Assembly (NCBI GenBank): GCA_964389655.1
Contig: CAYMED010000009.1
Coordinates: 19,531-83,530 of the forward strand
DNA: 64,000 nt
Source: an uncultured Candidatus Poseidoniales archaeon
GTDB lineage: Archaea; Thermoplasmatota; Poseidoniia; Poseidoniales; CAYMED01
Reading direction: 5' to 3'
The translations under genes and the position numbers were made by a program. Below, piece by piece: positions 1 through 9,368 of the stretch. Each line of letters opens with the position of its first letter. The first letter of the stretch is position 1. The notes beneath the pieces are model-generated. The model worked only from the letters and a program-made list of their open reading frames with translations. It did no database searches and had not been told where the DNA came from.

Positions 1-188
1 GAGGCCAAGGAATTTGCAATTGTAGATTTTCCAACACCAGGTGCGCCAGTCAACCCAATTTTCGACCATTCCTCGGTTGTAGGAGAGGAAGGAGGGATCC
101 ACTCACCAGATTCGGCGAGTGAAAGCAAGCGCCCAATAGAGCGACGATCACCTTCACGTGCTGCTGCGAGCCGCTCTTCAAGGTCCAC
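1..188 (-). CDS. meaB: Methylmalonyl-CoA mutase-associated GTPase MeaB/ArgK, N-terminal part (truncated by window edge; absent from ORF track)
   Basis: Manual translation from GTG at 188: VDLEERLAAAREGDRRSIGRLLSLAE...IGLTGAPGVGKST (P-loop); directly downstream of the B12-binding domain gene. Confidence 0.9.
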   Translation of the reverse strand, partial: MDLEERLAAAREGDRRSIGRLLSLAESGEWIPPSSPTTEEWSKIGLTGAPGVGKSTIANSLA

Positions 189-191
189 TTT

Positions 192-662
192 TCAACCCCC
201 CCAAACCCAATTCGAGTCATCACCGACCCCAATTGGCTCGGGGTGCATTAAGGCAGCAGATACAAAGGAGATGATTTCTAAACTCGTAGTCCCGGGCCCG
301 AACAATGCGCGAATTCCACCTGAATATAATATCTCTCGGTCATTATTTGGGATAATCCCCCCCCCAAACACAATCACATCATCCATCCCTAAAGCGCGTA
401 ATTCAGTACATACTTTAGGAAAAAGTGTGTTATGAGCACCTGAAAGACTAGACAGACCCAATAGACGAGCGTCCTCTTCAGCAACTGTTCGAGCGATCTG
501 TCCTGGAGTTTGGCGTAAGCCAGTATAGATGACTTCATGCCCCGCATCTCTTAGGGCTCTCGCGACCACTTTTGCACCACGGTCATGGCCATCAAGCCCC
601 GGCTTTGCGATCACGATGCGAGCGGAGTCATCCACGTGACCGGATTGGCACTGCTGCTTCAA
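192..662 (-). CDS. Cobalamin-binding subunit of methylmalonyl-CoA mutase (start possibly GTG 635)
   Basis: [13 protein letters not shown] (DxHxxG), SSLSGAH, GGIIP motifs. Confidence 0.93.
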   Translation of the reverse strand: MKQQCQSGHVDDSARIVIAKPGLDGHDRGAKVVARALRDAGHEVIYTGLRQTPGQIARTVAEEDARLLGLSSLSGAHNTLFPKVCTELRALGMDDVIVFGGGIIPNNDREILYSGGIRALFGPGTTSLEIISFVSAALMHPEPIGVGDDSNWVWGG

Positions 663-758
663 GGCGATCCCCCCAATGTATCAAACCACTATTGATAGAG
701 GCTAATTGACTCATGAGATAGGGCAACCTATGAAGCCCAATAGACGCCCCTCAACTCC

Positions 759-2312
759 GTGGCGACTTCAAAGGACCGCACGAACGACCTACGCCGGCGC
801 AAGGCAGTCGCAGAAGCGGGAGGCGGTGAAGCGAGGAAAAAAGCCCAGCATGAACGCGGTAAAATGACTGCGCGTGAACGACTTGACCAGTTCTTTGACG
901 AAAATAGTTTCAACGAGGTTGATGCACTGGTTGAACACCGGTGTCGTGATTTTAACATGGACAGAAATGTGATACCAGGGGACGGTGTAGTTTGTGGCCA
1001 CGGCACAGTCAGTGGAAGGCCTGTATTTGGATACGCTCAAGATTTCACCGTTTACGGGGGATCCCTCGGAGAGATGCATGGTCTGAAAATATGTAAGATA
1101 CTCGACATGGCAATGAAGGCAGGTGCACCAGTAGTGGGCTTCAATGATAGTGGAGGTGCTAGAATCCAAGAGGGGGTAGCAAGTCTTGGCTCCTATGCAG
1201 AAATATTCTATCGGAACGTGCGCGCATCAGGAGTGATCCCGCAGATCAGTGTGATTTTAGGCCCATGTGCAGGAGGTGCCGTATATAGCCCTGCAATTAC
1301 CGATTTTGTGATCATGGCAGAAGGAACCGCACACATGTTCATCACTGGGCCTGAGGTTATTCGCACAGTTACAAATGAAATCGTTTCATTTGAAGAGCTG
1401 GGAGGTGCCCAAACCCACGCATCACGATCAGGAGTCGCACACCTGACCGCCGAAGATGATGAGAGCGCAATTTCGCTTGCTCGTCAATTGCTGAATCACG
1501 TACCTTGCAACAACCTTGAACAGGCTCCCAATCAAGCAAGTTCTGATGTTGGATTACGGAATTGCCCTGAACTTGCCGGCCTCATTCCTGAAGACCCGAA
1601 CAAGCCATATGACGTGCATGATGTAATCACTTCAATTCTTGACAGAGGGGGTTTTCTTGAGATCCAACCTGAATGGGCCAAAAACATGGTCATAGGTTTT
1701 GGACACTTAGGCGAGAAATCAATAGGCGTTGTGGCAAATCAGCCGAATACACTTGCTGGGTGCATCGACATTGATGCTGCTGTTAAATCTGCACGATTTG
1801 TCCGTTTCTGCGATGCATTCAACATCCCACTTCTTACCCTTGTCGATGTGCCAGGTTTTCTACCAGGATCCTCGCAAGAGTGGGGAGGAATAATCCGGCA
1901 TGGGGCAAAATTGCTCTATGCATTCAGCGAGGCAACGGTCCCAAAAATGACAGTCATTCTCCGAAAAGCATACGGAGGTGCTTACGACGTCATGTGTTCT
2001 AAGCATCTTCGAGGAGACTACAACATCGCATGGCCCTCCGCCCGGTTAGCTGTAATGGGAGCCGAAGGTGCGGTAGAGATCATCCATAAAAGACGAATTG
2101 CACATGCAACAGATTCCGAGGGTGAGCGGCAACGGTTGATTGATGATTATGATGAGCAGTTTGCAAACCCATGGACAGGAGCTTCCCTAGGATATCTTGA
2201 CGATGTCATCGATCCAACTGAGACAAGAAACTGCCTCATTAAGGCACTTGGAATGCTTGGTGGGAAAGAAGAAGCAAGACCGTCAAGAAAACACGGAAAC
2301 ATACCACTCTGA
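759..2312 (+). CDS. pccB: Acyl-CoA (propionyl/methylmalonyl-CoA) carboxyltransferase beta subunit
   Basis: DSGGARIQEG, GPCAGGAVYSP, DVPGFLPG, C-terminal KHGNIPL. Confidence 0.93.
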   Translation: MATSKDRTNDLRRRKAVAEAGGGEARKKAQHERGKMTARERLDQFFDENSFNEVDALVEHRCRDFNMDRNVIPGDGVVCGHGTVSGRPVFGYAQDFTVYGGSLGEMHGLKICKILDMAMKAGAPVVGFNDSGGARIQEGVASLGSYAEIFYRNVRASGVIPQISVILGPCAGGAVYSPAITDFVIMAEGTAHMFITGPEVIRTVTNEIVSFEELGGAQTHASRSGVAHLTAEDDESAISLARQLLNHVPCNNLEQAPNQASSDVGLRNCPELAGLIPEDPNKPYDVHDVITSILDRGGFLEIQPEWAKNMVIGFGHLGEKSIGVVANQPNTLAGCIDIDAAVKSARFVRFCDAFNIPLLTLVDVPGFLPGSSQEWGGIIRHGAKLLYAFSEATVPKMTVILRKAYGGAYDVMCSKHLRGDYNIAWPSARLAVMGAEGAVEIIHKRRIAHATDSEGERQRLIDDYDEQFANPWTGASLGYLDDVIDPTETRNCLIKALGMLGGKEEARPSRKHGNIPL

Positions 2313-2325
2313 TGGAGACATATAA

Positions 2326-2508
2326 ATGATGAAGCAGCAAATTGCAGCAATGATTGCTGTCATTTATGTGCGAAACAGGCACGGCAAGCATGACCCTGCG
2401 TCTTCAGGCCGAAAATCAGGCACAGCGTGGGGAGAAGATCACAGAGGCCTGAGACTGGGAAGAGAATCACTCCTCAATCAAAGGTCAAAAGGGCGGAACT
2501 GGAGGTGA
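2326..2508 (+). CDS. Small protein, probable acyl-CoA carboxylase epsilon-like accessory subunit
   Basis: Between carboxyltransferase and biotin carrier; IAAMIAV helix followed by a W-containing basic tail. Confidence 0.5.
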   Translation: MMKQQIAAMIAVIYVRNRHGKHDPASSGRKSGTAWGEDHRGLRLGRESLLNQRSKGRNWR

Positions 2509-2512
2509 GATC

Positions 2513-2917
2513 GTGGGAGAAAAAATCGAAGTCGAAGTGGACGGAGAAATGTTCGAAGTAGATGTTGAACAGAAAGATGATCTTTGGATTGCCAGAATCA
2601 ATGGTGAAAAGCACGAAATCCGCATAAAAGGAGGAGATGTAAACGCCACTGTAACCCCTCGTAGAACACGCAGAAAAAGTGGGGGAGGAAAAATCACATC
2701 TAGCATGCCCGGTAAGGTGATCTCACTGCTTGTTGATGAAGGGGATTGTGTTGAAGAAGGAGATGTCTGCCTGATTCTTGAAGCAATGAAAATGCAAAAT
2801 GAGATGCGCTCGCCAATCGGTGGAACAGTACGAAGCATCTCATGTGTCGAAGGAGAGTCTGTTGAGGCAAACATGCCCCTAATGTTCATAGAAGCAAACG
2901 ACGAGGCAACAGGTTGA
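2513..2917 (+). CDS. Biotin carboxyl carrier protein
   Basis: EAMKM biotinylation motif, MPGKV; SD GGAGGTGA upstream. Confidence 0.93.
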   Translation: MGEKIEVEVDGEMFEVDVEQKDDLWIARINGEKHEIRIKGGDVNATVTPRRTRRKSGGGKITSSMPGKVISLLVDEGDCVEEGDVCLILEAMKMQNEMRSPIGGTVRSISCVEGESVEANMPLMFIEANDEATG

Positions 2918-3180
2918 ACCGATACGGATGGGGAGAGATGCACATGGGCGATGGAACTTGTGATTATCCTGAGTGTCGGGAGAATGGCAAGATCACCAGT
3001 CGCCTCTCGCCTGAGGGATTTCTAGTTGCTACAGGTAAACAAGCATACTCATTTCGAGAAGCTTATGTTCGATTTGAGTATTGCCGTGAGCACCATGATT
3101 TGCTCATGAAGACTGTTTGGTCACGTGTCCGCAAGACCGGAGACAAGGACGACGATCACGTCGCCCCAACTGCCGTTTGA
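2914..3180 (+). CDS. Hypothetical small Cys/His (putative Zn-binding) protein
   Basis: CDYPEC...YCREHH; start overlaps previous stop. Confidence 0.6.
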   Translation: MNRYGWGEMHMGDGTCDYPECRENGKITSRLSPEGFLVATGKQAYSFREAYVRFEYCREHHDLLMKTVWSRVRKTGDKDDDHVAPTAV

Positions 3181-3185
3181 TGGAC

Positions 3186-4604
3186 TCAAGTATAGTGATC
3201 TATTGGCGCACACATATATTCCCTCAACAGGGATGTTGCATACCCACCAGGTGGTAAATTGAATCGGAAACGGAGGCATGCCCCATGAGTATGGGAAAAT
3301 TCTGAAGCGGGACCATCACTCCAGCGTTCACCCATCTCTTCAACAGGGAGGCGATTTACGGACTCAAACTCAAATTCATCTATTGCCTGCAAAGTTGCTC
3401 GGCGACTCCCCGAAGTTACTAGCCGAGACATGGAAGGAATGGACCAATCTACGCCATCAAGTCCAAGGTCTGTGATAATCGATCGCTCAAGGTCACCCGG
3501 TTCACCCTCTGCCATTTGTACATCAACGCCAGGTAAGGGTCCTGTAAGAACAACACGCCCGGCGCGGGCATTTCGGCACAATCGGTCCAATGTGCGTTCA
3601 GTTACAACAACCGAGCGTGAAGTATCGGCACGTTGTTCGGTATCAAGAGCACACACAACGTCCCCAACCTTTGGTTCTAAGATCGACCAACCGAGGTCAA
3701 TTCGCTTGGCGAGCCAGTGATTGAAGATCTTAGATTGCACAGCATGCGGCATCATGGTCAAAAGGCGATAGGGCAATTTTTTGAGAGCATAGACCCATTC
3801 ACCTGGGCGTTGCAAAAGTGCTTCGACCATGCTGCGCTCATATCCTAAACGAGAAGGTGCTAGGTCAAGCACGTCCTGAGTGGCTCCTTGCTCCCTCCAC
3901 GCACTTCTAAACGACTGAGATTCATCAAAATCATGTAGTCCTGGAAGTCCGATATATTCTGAAATCGCACTCTCCAAATCCCCACGGAGAATATATTCTC
4001 CAGAACGTGCAGTAACTGGGCGGCCAGCTCCAAAGCGTTGGGGCCCAATCCAATTTGGAACTGCATTTGGCCCAAGATTATGTTCTAATTTTGATCTGAT
4101 AAGTTCCACATTTTGTAGCGCATCAACCACAGAAAGAGGCTCACCATTTGGTTCAGCACACCCACGTACAACGACTGAAAAGCGATTTGCCCGATGGGAT
4201 CCGAGACGGATTTTATGGTGTGTTCGGCCGATCACTTCAATACGCGTATCGCTAAGACTCACTGATTCAACTGCAGCGGTGGGAGCATCGATAACCATCA
4301 GTTGAGTGGTAATCGCACGTTTATCTTTCGTTCCTGAATACCAAATCCGGTTCCTCGAGATCTTGCATGCTGCTGCGATTTTATGCACAAATCGGTGTGT
4401 TTCCCAATTTGTTAGATGGACCTTTGCAACTGTGAAACGCCCTTTGGGATCATTTGCAGGAGGACGAATAATTTCTTCCACCCGAAAATCAGCATATCGG
4501 CATTTGAGGCGGCCCCCAATGCCTTTCTCATCATGCGCATATCTGTCTAAGCCAATTTCCGACTCAATGTCGGAGACATCCACCGAACTCACCACATTTA
4601 GCAA
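3186..4604 (-). CDS. truD: tRNA pseudouridine(13) synthase TruD
   Basis: DFRVEE, GTKDKRAITTQ (catalytic Asp), NWIGPQRFG, FNLPPGGYAT. Confidence 0.95.
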   Translation of the reverse strand: MLNVVSSVDVSDIESEIGLDRYAHDEKGIGGRLKCRYADFRVEEIIRPPANDPKGRFTVAKVHLTNWETHRFVHKIAAACKISRNRIWYSGTKDKRAITTQLMVIDAPTAAVESVSLSDTRIEVIGRTHHKIRLGSHRANRFSVVVRGCAEPNGEPLSVVDALQNVELIRSKLEHNLGPNAVPNWIGPQRFGAGRPVTARSGEYILRGDLESAISEYIGLPGLHDFDESQSFRSAWREQGATQDVLDLAPSRLGYERSMVEALLQRPGEWVYALKKLPYRLLTMMPHAVQSKIFNHWLAKRIDLGWSILEPKVGDVVCALDTEQRADTSRSVVVTERTLDRLCRNARAGRVVLTGPLPGVDVQMAEGEPGDLERSIITDLGLDGVDWSIPSMSRLVTSGSRRATLQAIDEFEFESVNRLPVEEMGERWSDGPASEFSHTHGACLRFRFNLPPGGYATSLLREYMCAPIDHYT

Positions 4605-4873
4605 AGTTTGTTGAGGTCTGCTTGGAGGTCAGAGAATTCAGCCGATAAAGACTCGGATAACTCCCTAAGGATATCCGCTGGGTCATTCCCTTTGGTAACT
4701 CGCACGAAAAGTTCAGGTTCATCGAGTTCACGATGCCCAAGAAAATAATTCACATAGTCGACATTCTTCATGCCATCTAGACGTTGACGGAATAATTGCA
4801 AAGATGTATGGGTTTCACCGGGTAGCCGAAGTCGAAGTTCAAGGCCTTCCTGCAACAGGACTTTGATCGCCAT
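4598..4873 (-). CDS. rpoL: DNA-directed RNA polymerase subunit L (Rpo11)
   Basis: GETHTSLQLFRQRL...YFLGH...EPEL, RpoL/Rpb11 pattern; start taken at MAIKV. Confidence 0.75.
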   Translation of the reverse strand: MAIKVLLQEGLELRLRLPGETHTSLQLFRQRLDGMKNVDYVNYFLGHRELDEPELFVRVTKGNDPADILRELSESLSAEFSDLQADLNKLC

Positions 4874-4912
4874 GAACGGAGCGCACCAGCAAGCCCGCTT
4901 CAACCCTTTCGT

Positions 4913-7516
4913 ATGATGGGTAGTGGGAAAGGGCCCCCTTATGTGCAGGCATATGGTCGGGTTGTTGTGGGAGGGAGTGGTGCTGAGCAAGCACGGCGGT
5001 CGATCCGATTCGCAATCGCAGTAGTCATTGCATGGGGGGTACTAACGACTGCATCGATTGTGTATTTAACAGGAAACCCGATAACCTTCACAACCCACAT
5101 GGGAGACTTCCGCCCAGACGGAGATGCCACTCAAGCATCTGAGCGCATGATTGAGCAACATGGCGAAGAACGGCGACCTCTGTTCATATATGCCACAAAT
5201 CCAAGTGGAAATGTGCTATCCTGGGACGCGGTAATTCAGCAACTTGATGCTGCACGTGAATTGGAATCTTCTGAACCAAATACTACAGTCTTGTCAATAC
5301 CAACACTCCTCGATGATCTATCTGTATCACAAGCCTCTGCCAATCTAAGAAATTGGTCAAGTTGGGCAGAATTTCTTGACGCCATTGCTGATCCATCAGA
5401 TGGTTGTAGCGGAGGCGACATAGGACAAACCCTTCTATCAGAGGCTGGTTTTGTGCAAAATTCACTCGTCTCTTCGGATCTTGATATCAGTTCGACGTGT
5501 GACCATCTTGAGGGAAGAGCGACTGCTGGAAGTAATGCTGCACCCATTGCACGAGGCACGGTATGGGTCATTGAATTTGAGAAAGATTCTGAAAAAATGG
5601 GCGATAAACACGCAAGAATCCGGGGCATGTTGGATGACATAAATTCTACCAAGGACTTGGTAATTCAATCAACATCCCTTGACCTAGTCACCCATGATGT
5701 CGACGAAGAGGCGCGCAGAGATGCCGTACGATTGATCATATTATGTGGAATGAGTGTGACCATTGTCCTTATTTTGGCATTTCGAAGGTTTGTCGATGTC
5801 CTAGTTCCGATCTTCGCACTTTCATCGTCATTAGCACTGATCTATACCGTATTGTCATTAATTGGATCACCATTCACCGTGCTTGAAATCGCTGTTGCAC
5901 CACTTGTTGTTGGTTTGGGGATTGACGCTGCAATTCACATGCAACGAGAACGCCGTGGGGAGGAAAAGGAACTTGCAGCTGAACAAGCTTGGACAAACAC
6001 GCTTGAAACACTCTCTGTGCCACTTTCCCTAGCGGCATTGACAACTATGGCAGCATTTCTTTCTGCACTTGCGTCAAATATTCCTGCCCTGCGTTGGTTT
6101 GGTATTGCTTCTGCAATTGGTGTTGCAATTGCATTTACTGGTTCGACAATCCTCCTTGCCTCATTGCATACACTCATAGAACACGTAACTTCGAAAGACC
6201 ATAGACCTAGGGAGAAAAGTAGAAAGACGAACAAGAGCATCACTGCTTTTGCCACAGTACTAACCAAAGATCGGGCAAGGTCATTGGGAATTATTGCACT
6301 AATCACCGTTGGTGCACTTGCAGGAAGCTTGAGCTTAGATCGAAAATTTGACCTTGGTGACTTTCTTGATCCTGACCTTGCAGTCATGAAAGCCCGCACT
6401 GATTTACGGGCAAATGTGGATTCAGGAAGTTGGCGAGTAGCATACCTCTTCGTCGAAAGTACAAATGACGGAGGAATTGATGCATCTACCCTCCTCCATG
6501 AGTTGGAGATACTGGATGATCGCGTGGATTCAGTACCTCATGTAGTTGGAGCAAGAGGAATAGGTGGTTCGACTGCGGCCTATGAAGGGCTTTGGCCATT
6601 GCTTACTGATGCTGTCGAACGAATAGACGGTTTCGGGAACAAGTACGGACTTAGTTTGACAGGTGATGGGCGCTTGCGAACACCCCAATTGAGCAATAAC
6701 CAATTATCTTCCGCAGTAGAAGAAATTGGTAATACAACAACGAACCCTCACCCTGCCAGAGGTGATTGGGATGATCGCGTCCAAAAAGCGGTAAAATTCA
6801 ATCCGAGCGGTGGAATTTCGTCAGTTCGTCTAGAACTGATCCTTTCTACTTCCGATAGCACAGAAGATGCCGAAGCAGTTAGTGGCTTGAATAAGTTAGT
6901 CGAGGAAACTAAACAAGTTTTGGGAAATGATGCCACAGTAACACCTTTGGGCGAAATTGTTGAACAAACTGAAATCCTTGATCGAATTACAGCCTCACAA
7001 TTAGTATCCACCTTGATTTCACTCGGTGTAGCCCTCCTAGTTCTACTTCTCCTAACAAGAAGGCTTTGGCCTGCAATTATGGTCGTCATCCCGGTTGGTG
7101 TTTGTGCCCTGTGGGTCGCTGGAAGCATGGCACTACTCGGCCTTGATTGGAATGTGCTAACGGTCATGGTCACCGCATTATCCATCGGATTGGGAATCGA
7201 CTACTCAATCCACATTTGGCGCCGCTTTGAAACTGTGTATCGCAATATGAAAGACCCGAAAGAGGCGATAATTAAGACCATTGAGACAACGGGGGCAGCA
7301 CTTGGCTTATCTGCTGCAACAACGGTTGCGGGATTTGCGGTCCTCTTGCTATCACCTATGCCACTTGTAGGAGATTTCGGAATGATCACGGGGATCGCTG
7401 CTGTTTGGGCGTTTGTGTTAGCCATGACACTGTTGCCAATACTCCTAGTTGAAGATGCTGCAAGATCTTCTAATGGACTGGGAAATCAGTCCAAGAATGA
7501 GGGAAAAGAGGCATAG
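4913..7516 (+). CDS. MMPL/RND-family exporter
   Basis: Two repeats of large loop plus TM bundle; GLGIDAAIH and GLGIDYSIH motifs. Confidence 0.88.
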   Translation: MMGSGKGPPYVQAYGRVVVGGSGAEQARRSIRFAIAVVIAWGVLTTASIVYLTGNPITFTTHMGDFRPDGDATQASERMIEQHGEERRPLFIYATNPSGNVLSWDAVIQQLDAARELESSEPNTTVLSIPTLLDDLSVSQASANLRNWSSWAEFLDAIADPSDGCSGGDIGQTLLSEAGFVQNSLVSSDLDISSTCDHLEGRATAGSNAAPIARGTVWVIEFEKDSEKMGDKHARIRGMLDDINSTKDLVIQSTSLDLVTHDVDEEARRDAVRLIILCGMSVTIVLILAFRRFVDVLVPIFALSSSLALIYTVLSLIGSPFTVLEIAVAPLVVGLGIDAAIHMQRERRGEEKELAAEQAWTNTLETLSVPLSLAALTTMAAFLSALASNIPALRWFGIASAIGVAIAFTGSTILLASLHTLIEHVTSKDHRPREKSRKTNKSITAFATVLTKDRARSLGIIALITVGALAGSLSLDRKFDLGDFLDPDLAVMKARTDLRANVDSGSWRVAYLFVESTNDGGIDASTLLHELEILDDRVDSVPHVVGARGIGGSTAAYEGLWPLLTDAVERIDGFGNKYGLSLTGDGRLRTPQLSNNQLSSAVEEIGNTTTNPHPARGDWDDRVQKAVKFNPSGGISSVRLELILSTSDSTEDAEAVSGLNKLVEETKQVLGNDATVTPLGEIVEQTEILDRITASQLVSTLISLGVALLVLLLLTRRLWPAIMVVIPVGVCALWVAGSMALLGLDWNVLTVMVTALSIGLGIDYSIHIWRRFETVYRNMKDPKEAIIKTIETTGAALGLSAATTVAGFAVLLLSPMPLVGDFGMITGIAAVWAFVLAMTLLPILLVEDAARSSNGLGNQSKNEGKEA

Positions 7517-8052
7517 ATCGGGTCAAGGTCAATCGCCTGCTCACACGCAACAAGAAGCAAACAGATCCATGATGTTGCTGGCCCAAGTGCAGAGCGTTTG
7601 CGGCGAGCTCGGCGAGCGACTTCCCTCAATGAGATCCCCGCTGACAACGAAATGTGCTGCATTAGCTGGAAGTCAACATCCACATTTATTTCATCGGCCG
7701 ACCGGGTCATGCTCTTTTCATCGGGCCTGCGATTGACGATTGAGTTCTCCTCTAGCACTGATTTTGATGGCAATAATGGAGGCGAGCAATCAAGAATTGA
7801 AGAGAGGTCTGGCTGCCAACCAGGTGGAGCTGTTACTCCACTTGTAACTACAGCAATACGTACATTATCCGCCTCTTCAATCAACCATTCAGCCTCAATC
7901 AAACTAGTCATTGCCAATTCACTCTCTGACCTCGAAAGCCAGCCAAGGTCTAGCACCCATCGACGAATGAGGTCACCTCGGCATATCGGATCACTTCCCA
8001 AATCTGACATTGACGCAGCAAGTAATCTTTGAACTGCGAGATCTGATGCCAT
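7486..8052 (-). CDS. DUF2240-like archaeal protein
   Basis: WVLDLGWLSRSES...AEWL pattern recalled from DUF2240; coupled to the upstream gene. Confidence 0.55.
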   Translation of the reverse strand: MASDLAVQRLLAASMSDLGSDPICRGDLIRRWVLDLGWLSRSESELAMTSLIEAEWLIEEADNVRIAVVTSGVTAPPGWQPDLSSILDCSPPLLPSKSVLEENSIVNRRPDEKSMTRSADEINVDVDFQLMQHISLSAGISLREVARRARRKRSALGPATSWICLLLVACEQAIDLDPIYASFPSFLD

Positions 8053-8642
8053 TAAGCGTCACCCACTAATTCCTCATGGATGATGGCCCAAGAAGCAGGG
8101 CAAAGCGTGCCAGTTTCTACGCGACATCCTTCTGCAGGGGCAAGATGCCATTCCCATGAACACACCGCATTAGAACCAGCTAAATCAAAGAATTTCGTCA
8201 TCACCCCATTATGTCGAGTAACAAGAAGAAGATGGGATGGCACAATTTCTCTAAGATTTTCAAGGTGCCCTAGAATCATTGGAATATCCTTTGGCAACTC
8301 CTGGAGAGAATTTTCCAAGACAAGCCGCGTCACAACTTTTGAACTCACTGCATGAGCGAGGCCGAGTTCACGGATTTCAGAGCGACTATCTATGGTAACA
8401 CGATCAAAACCCAGCATGAATGCATCCAAAACAGACTCGTGTTTCATTGACCCCATATCTAATAGGATATCTCGCTGCGATGGGTTGAGAGATTTCAGAT
8501 GTTCAACTGGGAGGTTCTTGTCTGATGGAGATCGTATCTCGATATGCAGCGGCACATGATCCAGCCGCGAGTCGAAAGGTGATAGAAAACCCGGAAAGAG
8601 GCCCTCTCTGCCGAGTACGAAGCGCGCTCGATCAAGCACCAT
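8052..8642 (-). CDS. Hypothetical protein, possibly a degenerate HisA/HisF-like barrel
   Basis: LDMG...VLDAFMLGFDRVTIDS resembles the HisA-family core; GGTGA SD upstream. Confidence 0.4.
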   Translation of the reverse strand: MVLDRARFVLGREGLFPGFLSPFDSRLDHVPLHIEIRSPSDKNLPVEHLKSLNPSQRDILLDMGSMKHESVLDAFMLGFDRVTIDSRSEIRELGLAHAVSSKVVTRLVLENSLQELPKDIPMILGHLENLREIVPSHLLLVTRHNGVMTKFFDLAGSNAVCSWEWHLAPAEGCRVETGTLCPASWAIIHEELVGDA

Positions 8643-8680
8643 ATCACCCTTGAAGAGGCACTAGGTGGTGATATGCTTTC

Positions 8681-8718
8681 GTAATACATTATGAAATACA
8701 AACGTATTACATTATATA
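8681..8718 (+). promoter_or_regulatory. Operator-like inverted repeat GTAATAC-N16-GTATTAC plus TATA box (TTATATA) of the RHH gene
   Basis: Half-sites at 8681-8687 and 8704-8710; TATA at 8712-8718, 25-31 nt upstream of ATG 8743. Confidence 0.6.
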
Positions 8719-8742
8719 CTGGGACCCTTCCTCCGAATTTAC

Positions 8743-9111
8743 ATGACAGAAGCACGGACGCTCGTGTCCCTCCGCCTTGATGAGGCAATTCTTGGGGGAG
8801 TGGATGCGCAAATCGGTGTGGATGGCATGCGTTCTCGAAGCGACGTTATCCGGACTGTGCTCGATAAATGGCTAGATACTAAGCCAAGCACACCAGGTGT
8901 CCACAGCGTCAGTGTCGAATTTGGAACGGAGATGGCATTCATTCTCGGGCAAGTCCATCAGAGACTAGGCCATTCCCCACAAGAACTCATCAAACTCGCA
9001 GTCCGCGAGTATGTCGAACGAGAGGTCATTCGGATCCGGGAAATCTCGGACCAATGGGCCGACCTCTCTAGACCAGGATACGATCCAAGTCAAGAGCGCC
9101 CTACAGAATAG
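8743..9111 (+). CDS. Ribbon-helix-helix (CopG/NikR-like) regulator, apparently two RHH units
   Basis: LVSLRLDE...SRSDVIR and SVSVEFG...SPQELIKLAVREYV. Confidence 0.75.
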   Translation: MTEARTLVSLRLDEAILGGVDAQIGVDGMRSRSDVIRTVLDKWLDTKPSTPGVHSVSVEFGTEMAFILGQVHQRLGHSPQELIKLAVREYVEREVIRIREISDQWADLSRPGYDPSQERPTE

Positions 9112-9147
9112 GTGAGAGCATGGCGTCGAGGGAGATGGGATGCAATC

Positions 9148-9290
9148 GGGCGGGGGGAGATAATCCCCCTCGCCCACCTCCATCATACAATTCATTTCTG
9201 CGCCTTCGTATGCGAATGCACTTATCCAGTGTCACCATGGATGCGTCAAACGATATCTCAACCTCCCGATCTGATAAAGATCGGGAGGTT
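9148..9290. repeat. Two inverted repeats with identical GATAA loops
   Basis: 9148-9175: 11 bp with one bulge; 9260-9290: perfect 13 bp AACCTCCCGATCT-GATAA-AGATCGGGAGGTT. Confidence 0.85.
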
Positions 9291-9368
9291 CACACCCCCC
9301 CTTAATTGGAACTTTGCGGAGTCAAAGCATCGGATTGCTCAAGGCCCCCCTACCACCGCTACAATTTT

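Noticed and set aside
9112-9368. SRP RNA or RNase P RNA
   Set aside because: Could not find the RNase P GAGGAAAGUCC core or the SRP helix-8 signature on either strand
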